Shown here: piece by piece, positions 35,379 through 43,697 of the stretch
Numbering within the stretch: position 1 is the stretch's first letter
Layout: every line of letters starts with the position of its first letter
Assembly (NCBI GenBank): GCA_038065355.1
Contig: JBBTRC010000007.1
Span: 42,333-106,332, forward strand
Length of the DNA: 64,000 nt
Direction of reading: 5' to 3'
DNA from: Patescibacteria group bacterium
GTDB lineage: Bacteria; Patescibacteriota; Minisyncoccia; Phycocordibacterales; UBA918
Notes under the pieces: model-generated
Seen by the model: the letters and a program-made list of their open reading frames with translations, nothing else
Told to the model about the DNA's origin: nothing
Database searches by the model: none
Position numbers and translations under genes: made by a program

Positions 35379-36713
35379 ATGCCTATGAAAACATTCCTTA
35401 AGTCGTTCGTCATTGCCATTTTGACTTTTGAGGCCTCACTTCTTTTAAAACGTCACCATCCGACCATCGTGGCCGTGACCGGCAGTGTGGGGAAAACTTC
35501 CACCAAAGATGCGATTTACGCCGCGGTGAAAGGTTCGGTGTCCGCCCGAAAAAGCCAAAAGAGTTTTAATTCAGAAATCGGCGTGCCGCTCACCGTGCTC
35601 GGCCTCTCAAACGGTTGGAACAATCCGTTTTTGTGGCTGAAAAATATTTTTGACGGTCTTTTCATTGCCTTGTTTGTAAAAGAATACCCGGCGGTACTCA
35701 TTCTTGAAGCCGGTGTCGACCAGCCTGGCGATATGGCAAAACTCACCGCCTGGGTAAAGCCGGATATCGTCGTGCTGACGAGATTGCCGGCCGTGCCGGT
35801 ACATGTGGAGTTCTTCAAGACTCTCGAAGCCATTGTGGCAGAAAAAATGGTGCTCCTATCGGCGCTCAAGCCAAACGGCACTCTGGTGTACAACAACGAC
35901 GATGAAATCATCGCCAAGGAAAAAGACAAGGTGCGTCAGCGACAGGTGGGCTTTGGCCGTTATGCGCCGACCGATTTCACTGCCTCTGCTGATCGGATTG
36001 TGTACCGCCAAAATATCATCCATGGCCTGTCGTTTGTCGTATCACATGTAGAAGAATCGCACACGGTTACCGCGGCGGGGGTGGTGGGGACACAGTCCGT
36101 CTATAATGTCACCGCCGCGCTCGCTGTCGCGGATGTGCTCGGTGTCCCGCTCTCTGCCGCCGTGGCCAACCTCGCCGACCTTCAGACACCAAACGGCCGG
36201 ATGCGAATTATTCCGGGTTTAAAGGGTAGTACGCTTATTGATGACACCTACAATTCTTCACCTGCCGCCGCCGAAGCAGCGCTCTCAACCTTGCGAGAAA
36301 TTTCTCTGGCCAAACGAAAGATAGCGGTGCTTGGCGATATGCTCGAACTTGGTTCTTTTTCCAATGATGCGCATCGAAAACTAGGCGAGCAGGCGGCTGC
36401 GGCCACTGACCTCTTACTCACTGTGGGCATACGAGCGCGAGTTATTGCCGCCGGCGCGCTCGCGGCAGGGCTTCCCGAAGAAAAAATTCTGCAATATGAA
36501 GATGTCGAACGCGCCGGGCGTGAACTTCAGGGCATTTTGCAATCGGGTGACGTCGTACTTATCAAAGCATCACAGAGTATTCGCGCCGAGCGGATTGTCG
36601 AAGAAGTGATGGCGGATCCAGATCACACCGAACAGCTTCTAGTCCGGCAAGAACCCGAGTGGAAAAAGAAGAAAATTACTCTTGCGCCAGCAAAACCTGC
36701 CGAGGTACACTAA
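35379..36713 (+). CDS. murF: Mur ligase, best fit UDP-MurNAc-tripeptide--D-Ala-D-Ala ligase (MurF) with truncated N-terminal domain
   Basis: P-loop VAVTGSVGKTSTKDAI at residue ~35 (MurF normally has it at ~110). Central and C-terminal Mur ligase domains intact. Confidence 0.65.
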   Translation: MPMKTFLKSFVIAILTFEASLLLKRHHPTIVAVTGSVGKTSTKDAIYAAVKGSVSARKSQKSFNSEIGVPLTVLGLSNGWNNPFLWLKNIFDGLFIALFVKEYPAVLILEAGVDQPGDMAKLTAWVKPDIVVLTRLPAVPVHVEFFKTLEAIVAEKMVLLSALKPNGTLVYNNDDEIIAKEKDKVRQRQVGFGRYAPTDFTASADRIVYRQNIIHGLSFVVSHVEESHTVTAAGVVGTQSVYNVTAALAVADVLGVPLSAAVANLADLQTPNGRMRIIPGLKGSTLIDDTYNSSPAAAEAALSTLREISLAKRKIAVLGDMLELGSFSNDAHRKLGEQAAAATDLLLTVGIRARVIAAGALAAGLPEEKILQYEDVERAGRELQGILQSGDVVLIKASQSIRAERIVEEVMADPDHTEQLLVRQEPEWKKKKITLAPAKPAEVH

Positions 36714-36718
36714 TCAAT

Positions 36719-37270
36719 ATGAATTATATGAAAAATATTATTACCACGTTGGTTCTCGCGCTGCTTTTGACTTCAGCTTTTCCACAGCTCTCGTTCGCCC
36801 AGTCCACCTCGTTTCAACCGACCACTGCTCGCGAGATGATCGCCTACCTCATGGGTCAGATTCAGCAACTGCAAAATCTGAAAGCCATGCTGGAGCGGGC
36901 CGGCAATCCAGCGCGCGTAGTGGCACCTTCAGCGGTGAGTTATGTAACCGTAGACACCTTTGATGCTACCGAGGAAACAGACGTGTCGGCGGCACTCAGT
37001 GGGGAGGTACTGCTGTTTGGCGACGCCACCGCGCAGACGTGGTTTGAATATGGCCAAGACGAGGATTTTCTTGACAGCAAAACGTCCAAAAAAAACGCCT
37101 ATACTCCCTACGACCGTGCGCAAAAGGTGATCGTGACGCGCCTCGAGCCAGATGAAAAATATTTCTTTCGAATAGTGGCGCTCACCAACGACGACCAAGT
37201 TCTCTACGGGAGCGTGGCTACCTTTAGAACAGACGAAGACCCGGATGAAGACGATGACGATGATAATTAA
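36719..37270 (+). CDS. Secreted hypothetical protein with beta-rich body and poly-acidic C-terminal tail
   Basis: Signal peptide MNYMKNIITTLVLALLLTSAFPQLSFA. C-terminus ...DEDPDEDDDDDN. Confidence 0.5.
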   Translation: MNYMKNIITTLVLALLLTSAFPQLSFAQSTSFQPTTAREMIAYLMGQIQQLQNLKAMLERAGNPARVVAPSAVSYVTVDTFDATEETDVSAALSGEVLLFGDATAQTWFEYGQDEDFLDSKTSKKNAYTPYDRAQKVIVTRLEPDEKYFFRIVALTNDDQVLYGSVATFRTDEDPDEDDDDDN

Positions 37271-37272
37271 TT

Positions 37273-37743
37273 ATGCGTAACGTACACGATAGCGCCCCAG
37301 ATTTTGCCCTTCAAGATCAAAACGGGTCCGTGCGTACACTCGCCGAGTACAAAGGGAAGTGGCTGCTTATCTATTTTTATCCCAAAGACGATACGCCGGG
37401 ATGCACGACCGAAGCCTGCACCATTGCCGAAGTGTATGACGAATTTAAAGCGCTTGGCGTCGAGGTGATTGGCATAAGCAAAGACTCGCCGCAGTCGCAC
37501 CAGAAATTCGCCGCCAAATACCACTTGCCATTTACGTTGCTTTCCGATGAATCAACCGATACCATCAAAGCCTACGGCGCCTGGCAGAAGAAAACTTTGT
37601 TCGGTCGCACCGCCATGGGCACTAAACGCGTTTCATATTTAATAAATCCCGCCGGAAAAATAGAAAAAGTGTATCCAAAAGTAGATCCAGCGAATCATGC
37701 CCTTGAGATTCTTGAGGACGTTAGAAAAACAAATGATCAGTAA
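37273..37743 (+). CDS. bcp: Thiol peroxidase Bcp (peroxiredoxin)
   Basis: FYPKDDTPGCTTEAC (peroxidatic and resolving Cys), thioredoxin fold. Confidence 0.9.
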   Translation: MRNVHDSAPDFALQDQNGSVRTLAEYKGKWLLIYFYPKDDTPGCTTEACTIAEVYDEFKALGVEVIGISKDSPQSHQKFAAKYHLPFTLLSDESTDTIKAYGAWQKKTLFGRTAMGTKRVSYLINPAGKIEKVYPKVDPANHALEILEDVRKTNDQ

Positions 37744-37776
37744 AAAGCCGCAGTCAAATTGACTTGCGGCTTTTAA
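37744..37776. terminator. Bidirectional hairpin terminator
   Basis: AAAAGCCGCAGTC-AAATT-GACTTGCGGCTTTT with one bulge. Confidence 0.7.
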
Positions 37777-37788
37777 AGGTTTTTGCCC

Positions 37789-38082
37789 TTAGTGACCCTG
37801 GGGCGATAAGGCCTTGCACGGCAGCGTAGTCGCTACCCCCGCCACTGCTGCTTCAATGTACGGTTTTTTGGCCAAAGGGGCAGCCAAGACGATGCCCGAC
37901 TCGTTACTCTCGGTGAGGTAAATTCTAGAGCCGATCTTTGGCACTTCGTAGCCGCACTCCTCTACGAAGTGTTCACGCAGTCGTTGAGTGTAGTTTTCGT
38001 CAGCTCTTTCAAAGAGCCAAAACATGGCCGGCAGAAGCAATAAAACGGCCACTACACATATCAGTTTCACTGTTGAAGACAT
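37789..38082 (-). CDS. Hypothetical small exported protein
   Basis: 97 aa, N-terminal hydrophobic segment VKLICVVAVLLLLPAMFWLF. Lower GC than surroundings. Confidence 0.4.
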   Translation of the reverse strand: MSSTVKLICVVAVLLLLPAMFWLFERADENYTQRLREHFVEECGYEVPKIGSRIYLTESNESGIVLAAPLAKKPYIEAAVAGVATTLPCKALSPQGH

Positions 38083-38232
38083 GCACCCTCCTCCTTGCTG
38101 TTGGGTTTAAAAGAACGTTTGCACGTATAATACTACAAAGTAGTCTAAAAGTCAAGTTTCCTCTATCCAGTTTATTAGTACCCGAAAGTCGATCCAGCGG
38201 CTCGCGCATACGAAAAGGGGCCTTTTAAGGTT

Positions 38233-38568
38233 TTAAACTTCTAACTCAAACTTCCAGTTCATCTTCACTACCGAGATGTTAAACGGAACGGTAATATTGT
38301 TGTGTTGTTTAAATGGAACAATTTGATCTCGTAGCTTAGCGAGTATTCTTTCCATGTCTTGTTCGGAAACTTCAGAAAATGTAGCGTATACATAAATTTC
38401 AATTGGTGCTGCATTTACCGTCACTTGGTTCGGAGACGCAAAAACAGAAACCTCAGCGGGAGTATATCCCGTTGCTTCTGCCGCAAATTTCTGGATGGCG
38501 GCAGCAACTTTTTGTATTTCTTCCTGTGAAAGTTTGCTCTTTTCGTAGTCAATTCTTACTATGGGCAT
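38233..38568 (-). CDS. Hypothetical protein, possibly tautomerase-superfamily-like (Pro1 after Met)
   Basis: MPIVRIDYEKSKLSQEEIQKVAAAIQKF resembles the 4-OT/MIF-like N-terminal beta-alpha-beta. 111 aa. Low-GC islet. Confidence 0.35.
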   Translation of the reverse strand: MPIVRIDYEKSKLSQEEIQKVAAAIQKFAAEATGYTPAEVSVFASPNQVTVNAAPIEIYVYATFSEVSEQDMERILAKLRDQIVPFKQHNNITVPFNISVVKMNWKFELEV

Positions 38569-38707
38569 GAGTTCATTATATCAAATGTTCCAACATTCCA
38601 TTTTGATGACTCAAATCTGCTGCAATAATCGATCTACACGCTACGTTGCTCGATCCCAGCAAGGGTATTGCTACAAATATTTTGGATATGTTGGCGAATT
38701 AAAGTCA

Positions 38708-39160
38708 TCATTCTGCTCGCTTTTTTCTGCCTGCCACGATGACATGCAGGAGGACGAAAAATGAAAAAATTAGCATCATATTGGCAATAAAAAACAAATT
38801 GAACCAAACGGTTGGTTCCAGATGAGCGCCGTGGGTTGGAGGAATGGTTACGCTGAGTGAAGTATCCTGACTAAAATCAGCGAATCCGAGCCGCCACCAA
38901 AAAACCCGATCAGAAAAAAACAAAGCCCAATAAGGTAGCGCGACCGGGACAAAAACACTTGAAAACAGCGAAAACGGAACCCGCGCCGCTTCTGGCAGCC
39001 ACTGTATTACAGCGAGTCCAGGTTTTGAAACTAGAAATATAAACAAAGATACGTACACAAAGTAGCTACCATAAATCACTAATAGCTTGTTCTTCATACT
39101 CCTTAGTATAGCAGGTAGCGGAGAGTCTCCTATAAAAACAGGAATTTGAAATTCATACAC
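38708..39160 (-). CDS. Hypothetical polytopic membrane protein
   Basis: Multiple hydrophobic helices. Start may be the internal MKNKLLV near 39097. Confidence 0.4.
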   Translation of the reverse strand: MYEFQIPVFIGDSPLPAILRSMKNKLLVIYGSYFVYVSLFIFLVSKPGLAVIQWLPEAARVPFSLFSSVFVPVALPYWALFFSDRVFWWRLGFADFSQDTSLSVTIPPTHGAHLEPTVWFNLFFIANMMLIFSFFVLLHVIVAGRKKRAE

Positions 39161-39192
39161 AAAAACAGTCTCGAATGAGACTGTTTTTGTGT
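39157..39192. terminator. Bidirectional terminator, perfect 16-bp palindrome
   Basis: ACACAAAAACAGTCTC-GAAT-GAGACTGTTTTTGTGT, followed by a second hairpin GCTAGTTCG...CGAACTAGC at 39194-39227. Confidence 0.7.
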
Positions 39193-39258
39193 GCTAGTTC
39201 GTTCCTTCTTGAGTGCTCGAACTAGCTCTCTAGTCGGTGAGCGTTCAGCAGATAGAAA

Positions 39259-39780
39259 TTAACGAATATATTGTTGTATAAAGCTTTTTTCAAAACAATT
39301 GGCTGTATTCGACTGGTCCTTCTCGTGCGTTGAGAAAAATATACTAATAACTATAGCTATTACTGCAAATAATAGTGTCCATGAATTAAAAATTGTTTGT
39401 CTTTTTCTATCCAACGTTCGATCAATAATTTCTATATATGCGGAGCCTTCACTAATATTTTTTCCAACAGCAGATTCAAATTGAAAATAACTAGCAATAT
39501 CTTTGGAGTTTTCTGGTAAACCTTTAAACAAAATATCAGGTGTCTCAAGCTTTTGAACAACAACAAAAAAACGTTTCGCTATATCTTCGTATTGACTACT
39601 ATATTTTCTAAGTCTGCTCGAGTAAAGGGGGAAATTAATTCTGACTCCTTGGATGTCAATAAGAAGCTGTTTGAGCTCATTCAGAATTGGGAAAAGCTCT
39701 TGCTGAACGGTATTCAGTAGTCGCTTTGTTCCTTCCGATACTGGTATTTGTTCCATGTTGGTTACTTCTCGTGCTAGCAC
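39259..39780 (-). CDS. Hypothetical protein with C-terminal TM helix, AT-rich
   Basis: 173-aa ORF (~35% GC versus ~53% locally). The maximal ORF begins 4 nt from the tRNA 3' end. Probable start MEQIPV near 39756. Confidence 0.4.
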   Translation of the reverse strand: MLAREVTNMEQIPVSEGTKRLLNTVQQELFPILNELKQLLIDIQGVRINFPLYSSRLRKYSSQYEDIAKRFFVVVQKLETPDILFKGLPENSKDIASYFQFESAVGKNISEGSAYIEIIDRTLDRKRQTIFNSWTLLFAVIAIVISIFFSTHEKDQSNTANCFEKSFIQQYIR

Positions 39781-39784
39781 GAAT

Positions 39785-39859
39785 TGGTGACCCTACCGGG
39801 AATCGAACCCGGGTTTCCAGGATGAGAACCTGGCGTCCTAGCCGCTAGACGATAGGGCC
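39785..39859 (-). tRNA. tRNA-Glu (anticodon CUC)
   Basis: Reverse complement folds as a cloverleaf: acceptor GGCCCTA/TAGGGTC, D-stem GTCT/GGAC, anticodon stem CCAGG/CCTGG with loop TTCTCAT, T-arm CCGGG-TTCGATT-CCCGG, 3' ACCA encoded. Confidence 0.85.
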
Positions 39860-40063
39860 AAATGTTATCCGGGGAAGAGGATATGTTTGGTGGGCGGCGC
39901 TGGCGAAGCCAGGGGCGGCTCCGGTGGAGCCAGTGATGCTGCTGGCTTCGGTAGCCCGGACCATGACCAGACGCTCGGCATCCCCGGCGCCGGCGATATC
40001 TCCCACGCTGGCTAACCCAGCGCCGCTATTTATAGCAAAAAACCACCAAACCGGAAAGGGCAG

Positions 40064-41911
40064 CTAGTTTGTCTTACGGATTGACTCTTTAATGTCAAAA
40101 CGTGGGTTGACCTTTTTGCCAGGATTGAAGATATCGTCGGGGTCGAAGATGTGCTCAGTTTTTTTGAAAATTTCCAACATGTGCGCGCTAAACATCTTGC
40201 TCAAGTGAGGAGTGCGGATAATGCCGTCGTTGTGTTCACCGCAAATGTTGCCGCCAAATTTGATGGCCGTGTTGAAAAAAACGTCGGCCATTTTTTCAAT
40301 CAACGCTGGAGTCGTTTTGTTGGTGAAATCAAGAAGAGGATAGAAGTGGAAGTGGCCATTGCCGCCGTGTCCATGTATGGCCGACTGGACGTTAAATTCT
40401 TTGAAATGACGCTTCACCTGGGCAAAAAACTTGGAAAGATTTTCCGGCGGTACTGTCATGTCCTCCAAGAAAGCGGCCGGTCGCTTTGTCTTGTCCAAAA
40501 GCTTGGATAGAGAAAAGCTGGCGCGGCGCACTTGCCAGAGCATTTCGGCTTCGTACTGATTCTTCACAACCCGCGCCCGGCCGCCTTTCGCGCTGATGCT
40601 TTTGGCGATAGTGACGGCCGGGGTCTTGGTCGTGGTCTCTTCGTCGAGCGTAATGAGGATGGTGAATTCTGGTACTTTGCCGCCGAAGCGGACGTGGTAG
40701 GTGGTATACATTGAGAACATCACCCGGTAGTACTCGGAACGCTTAATGCGGGCTTTGAAGAAGTCGGGATTTTTGAGGGCGAGTTCATAGGTGAGCGAGT
40801 CGAAAATCTCGATGTTGATAGGATTGTGCTCGAGTGCCTTTACAATCACACTGGCGGCATCGGACAGATCAAAAATAGGCACTACAATGAGCGAGGTATT
40901 TTTCTGAATCGGCAGTGCTCGCAAGGTGAGGTGCGTGATGATGCCGATAGTGCCTTGGCTACCGGAGAAAAGACGGGTGAGGTCAAACACTCCTTTGCCT
41001 TTCTTGAAAGCCTCAACGCCATTGGGCAAGACGTGCCAGAGCGAATACCCGGAAGAATTTTTTGGTGTCGGCGGCTGGCTCTTCTTTATTTCCACTTCGT
41101 TTTTGTTGATGAGTTCAAAAATCTCCCGTGCAATCCGCGCGTGTTCATGATCTTGTTTGATAAGGAGTTTAAATTCGCGGTAGGTAATGGGCTTGATGGT
41201 GTAGGTGTTGCCGTCTTTGAGCACCACATCAAGCGACTCAACCCAGTCGGCACAGTGGCCATAACGAAGCGAGTCCGGACCGGCGGCATTGTTGGCAATG
41301 GAGCCACCGATACTGCAGATATCTTTTGAAGAGGTATAAGGCGGGAGGTAGGCTTGGTGAGCCTTGAGTTTCTTTTCAACATCGCGCCACATGGCCCCGG
41401 GTTCGCAGGTGAAAATAATCTTTCCTTTCTTCTCAATCACTTCGCCGATGTGAGTGAGGTGCGCACAGACGTCGATCACAATTGAGTCGGTGAGTGAGCC
41501 ACCCGAAAGCCCAGTGCCGGCTGCCCGGGGGGTGAGTGAAAGGGAAGAGAAGCGTTTGGTTTCGCGCGCAATCACCCTGGTGGCGATTTCTACGTCGTGC
41601 CTGTTCTTAGGTTGGATCACCACTTGCGGGCGAATGCTAAAAATACTCTCGTCGGTACTGTAGGTGTCAAGTAATTTTTTGTCACTAGAAATGCCGCCGC
41701 GAAAGCCGCTCTCCCGCAGCATTTTTTCTATCAACAAATGACCAAGCGGGTTGCGCTTAAAGCCGTCGGTTACCGAAACGGCTTTCGCGGCGCGTTTTGC
41801 CTCGGCCATTTGTGTCGACGGCGAAATTACTTTTCGCTTGGCGCTTTTGCGCGTTTTTGGCTTCGGTTTAACCACAGTCATTACCTCCGAGGAACTCGTT
41901 TCCATTACCAT
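40064..41911 (-). CDS. FAD-linked oxidase (GlcD / D-lactate dehydrogenase-like) with basic N-terminal extension
   Basis: FAD-binding PCMH region ...TPRAAGTGLSGGSL... and C-terminal HGHGGNGHFHF ... GGNICGEHNDG typical of the FAD-oxidase_C domain. Confidence 0.8.
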   Translation of the reverse strand: MVMETSSSEVMTVVKPKPKTRKSAKRKVISPSTQMAEAKRAAKAVSVTDGFKRNPLGHLLIEKMLRESGFRGGISSDKKLLDTYSTDESIFSIRPQVVIQPKNRHDVEIATRVIARETKRFSSLSLTPRAAGTGLSGGSLTDSIVIDVCAHLTHIGEVIEKKGKIIFTCEPGAMWRDVEKKLKAHQAYLPPYTSSKDICSIGGSIANNAAGPDSLRYGHCADWVESLDVVLKDGNTYTIKPITYREFKLLIKQDHEHARIAREIFELINKNEVEIKKSQPPTPKNSSGYSLWHVLPNGVEAFKKGKGVFDLTRLFSGSQGTIGIITHLTLRALPIQKNTSLIVVPIFDLSDAASVIVKALEHNPINIEIFDSLTYELALKNPDFFKARIKRSEYYRVMFSMYTTYHVRFGGKVPEFTILITLDEETTTKTPAVTIAKSISAKGGRARVVKNQYEAEMLWQVRRASFSLSKLLDKTKRPAAFLEDMTVPPENLSKFFAQVKRHFKEFNVQSAIHGHGGNGHFHFYPLLDFTNKTTPALIEKMADVFFNTAIKFGGNICGEHNDGIIRTPHLSKMFSAHMLEIFKKTEHIFDPDDIFNPGKKVNPRFDIKESIRKTN

Positions 41912-41952
41912 AAGTATAGCAAGACTGGTCTTTTAATGTGCTGGCTTTCCAC

Positions 41953-41990
41953 AAAACAAAAATAGCCGCGCGAAGAAAATCGCGCGGCTT
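41953..41990 (-). terminator. Terminator of 42003..42425 gene (minus strand)
   Basis: AGCCGCGCGA-AGAAAA-TCGCGCGGCT with A-run on the plus side (T-run on minus). Confidence 0.6.
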
Positions 41991-42002
41991 TGAAGTCAGG
42001 TG

Positions 42003-42425
42003 TTAAGCATTCGCGGCAAACGGCAGTGTCAAGACAGGATGACGCTTGATGCCAGCTACCCGCCAGTCTCCGAGTATGTCGAAGCCAAGGAACCTTTCGT
42101 TGGTGAGCGCAGGAAACTCCTCTTTGATTTCGCTCTCAAGCTTATCTGTGTAAAACTCGAGCAGGCAGGCGGAATTTTTCAGCTGTTCCCTAAGCACCCA
42201 TTGCCTGATTGCATTCTTCTCGCCGCGTAGGTTTGTGGCGTCGAAGGCGGCGTCTTTAGCAATCTGTGCACACAGAACCATCAGACACTTCGTGTACGCG
42301 CTTTGGATTGGTCCAAGAATCTCGTGTTTCTTTGGGTCCAAGGGGATTGCGTATGCTTGCACCGTGGGCACACTCGTCTTTTCGTGGGCTTCCTTGTCGA
42401 AAGCCAAAGCTTCGCTTCCACGCAT
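42003..42425 (-). CDS. Hypothetical protein, paralog of 42531..43019 (shared C-terminal EF...DWRVA..K motif)
   Basis: 140 aa. ...EIKEEFPALTNERFLGFDILGDWRVAGIK aligns with ...AIRTEFKLNPEDDFVVLSGWRVALLK of its neighbour. Confidence 0.45.
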   Translation of the reverse strand: MRGSEALAFDKEAHEKTSVPTVQAYAIPLDPKKHEILGPIQSAYTKCLMVLCAQIAKDAAFDATNLRGEKNAIRQWVLREQLKNSACLLEFYTDKLESEIKEEFPALTNERFLGFDILGDWRVAGIKRHPVLTLPFAANA

Positions 42426-42485
42426 TACTGTACTCCCAACAACTCCAATACCATTATAACTCCGTTGTGGGTGACAATCAAAAAG

Positions 42486-42523
42486 GTATAAAAAAGGTCG
42501 CGCGAGCGTAAGCTCGCGCGACC
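42486..42523 (-). terminator. Terminator of 42531..43019 gene (minus strand)
   Basis: 12-bp stem GGTCGCGCGAGC/GCTCGCGCGACC, GTAA loop, A-run on plus. Confidence 0.65.
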
Positions 42524-42530
42524 AACAATT

Positions 42531-43019
42531 TCAACCATTATTCGCGACCAAGACGAGCGAAGGCCGCTTTGTCTCGCTAAGGTCATCTTCCTCGTCATCG
42601 AGTCGAGGCAGAGGCGGTGCTTTCAACAAAGCGACGCGCCAACCAGACAGGACGACAAAATCATCTTCGGGGTTGAGCTTAAACTCTGTTCGAATGGCCT
42701 GTCTGGTAGTTTGCAGAGCGAGTTCAAGTATGTCTCGACGTGCCTTCAGGAGCTGGAGCACTCCCGTAAATTCGCTGGTTCCGCGCATTAGCTTGTTGGC
42801 GCGTGCCAGTATTCTCTTCGTCTCCTCTGTCTGTTCGTGAATAAGCTGACAGAGATTGCGTGACCCAATCGACAATTTTCCGAGCACCTTGTGGCGGACT
42901 GGGTTGTAAGATGCTGCTGAACCTTGGAATCGAGGATTCAATTTTCGTGACTGCACTTCTTTAAGCATCAGGTCGAGCGCTGACGAAACAACTCGTCCGT
43001 TGGTTTGGCACGCGGGCAT
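42531..43019 (-). CDS. Hypothetical protein, paralog of 42003..42425
   Basis: 162 aa. Shares the ...TEF...F..LsGWRVAllK motif. Acidic tail DDEEDDLSE. Confidence 0.45.
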   Translation of the reverse strand: MPACQTNGRVVSSALDLMLKEVQSRKLNPRFQGSAASYNPVRHKVLGKLSIGSRNLCQLIHEQTEETKRILARANKLMRGTSEFTGVLQLLKARRDILELALQTTRQAIRTEFKLNPEDDFVVLSGWRVALLKAPPLPRLDDEEDDLSETKRPSLVLVANNG

Positions 43020-43096
43020 GGTTTTCTCCGTGTAATGTGGAAGGACAAAAGCTGGTGCAATAGTACAATAAAACCATATATTTGTCCATTATCATA

Positions 43097-43123
43097 TAAA
43101 AAACCCGCGCGTCGCCGCGCGGG
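43097..43123 (-). terminator. Terminator of 43147..43584 gene (minus strand)
   Basis: CCCGCGCG-TCGC-CGCGCGGG preceded by AAAAAA on plus. Confidence 0.6.
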
Positions 43124-43146
43124 CTTGAAGTGATGAAGAAAGACCG

Positions 43147-43584
43147 CTAGAGTCCGATCACGACGCCGCGAGGGCCGATGTCGAGTAGATTCATCATGCT
43201 GGCTTTGTCCTTGTCACCTTTGAGTGAAATGGCGATTTTGTTGCCATCGACGAGTAGCATCATTCCATCTTTTCCAAGACGAGCTTGAATAGCAAGATAC
43301 ATTAGGCACTGGGTGTGTTCGACGTAATCCATGAGACAGCTGGCCTCCTTGACTCGGCGGCGGTTTTCACCAACAGTGATTGTTTCGTCTCCTTTGGTTA
43401 GTTGTTTGACTTCGCTAAAAATCTGTAAGACAAGCGAGAAAAGCCGCCGTTCCCGGTCGTTCATCTGGCCGATTATTTGCAGCTGTTCAGCAGCAAGATC
43501 GACACTTTTGATCTCAGGAAACGACGTAGGTGTTTCGAAATCGTTGCCGGTAACTGCATTGGCAAGGCGGTCAAGAAAGTCCAT
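43147..43584 (-). CDS. Hypothetical protein
   Basis: 145-aa ORF with its own terminator. No recognisable domain. Confidence 0.4.
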   Translation of the reverse strand: MDFLDRLANAVTGNDFETPTSFPEIKSVDLAAEQLQIIGQMNDRERRLFSLVLQIFSEVKQLTKGDETITVGENRRRVKEASCLMDYVEHTQCLMYLAIQARLGKDGMMLLVDGNKIAISLKGDKDKASMMNLLDIGPRGVVIGL

Positions 43585-43697
43585 GAAAACCTCCGTTTGG
43601 ACTGGTGGAATCTAGTACATTACAAAGAACAGAACTCATAGTATACAAAAGTAAGTTATTTTGTCAATAAAAATTTCGGTGTGGTATTCTTAGCGGC

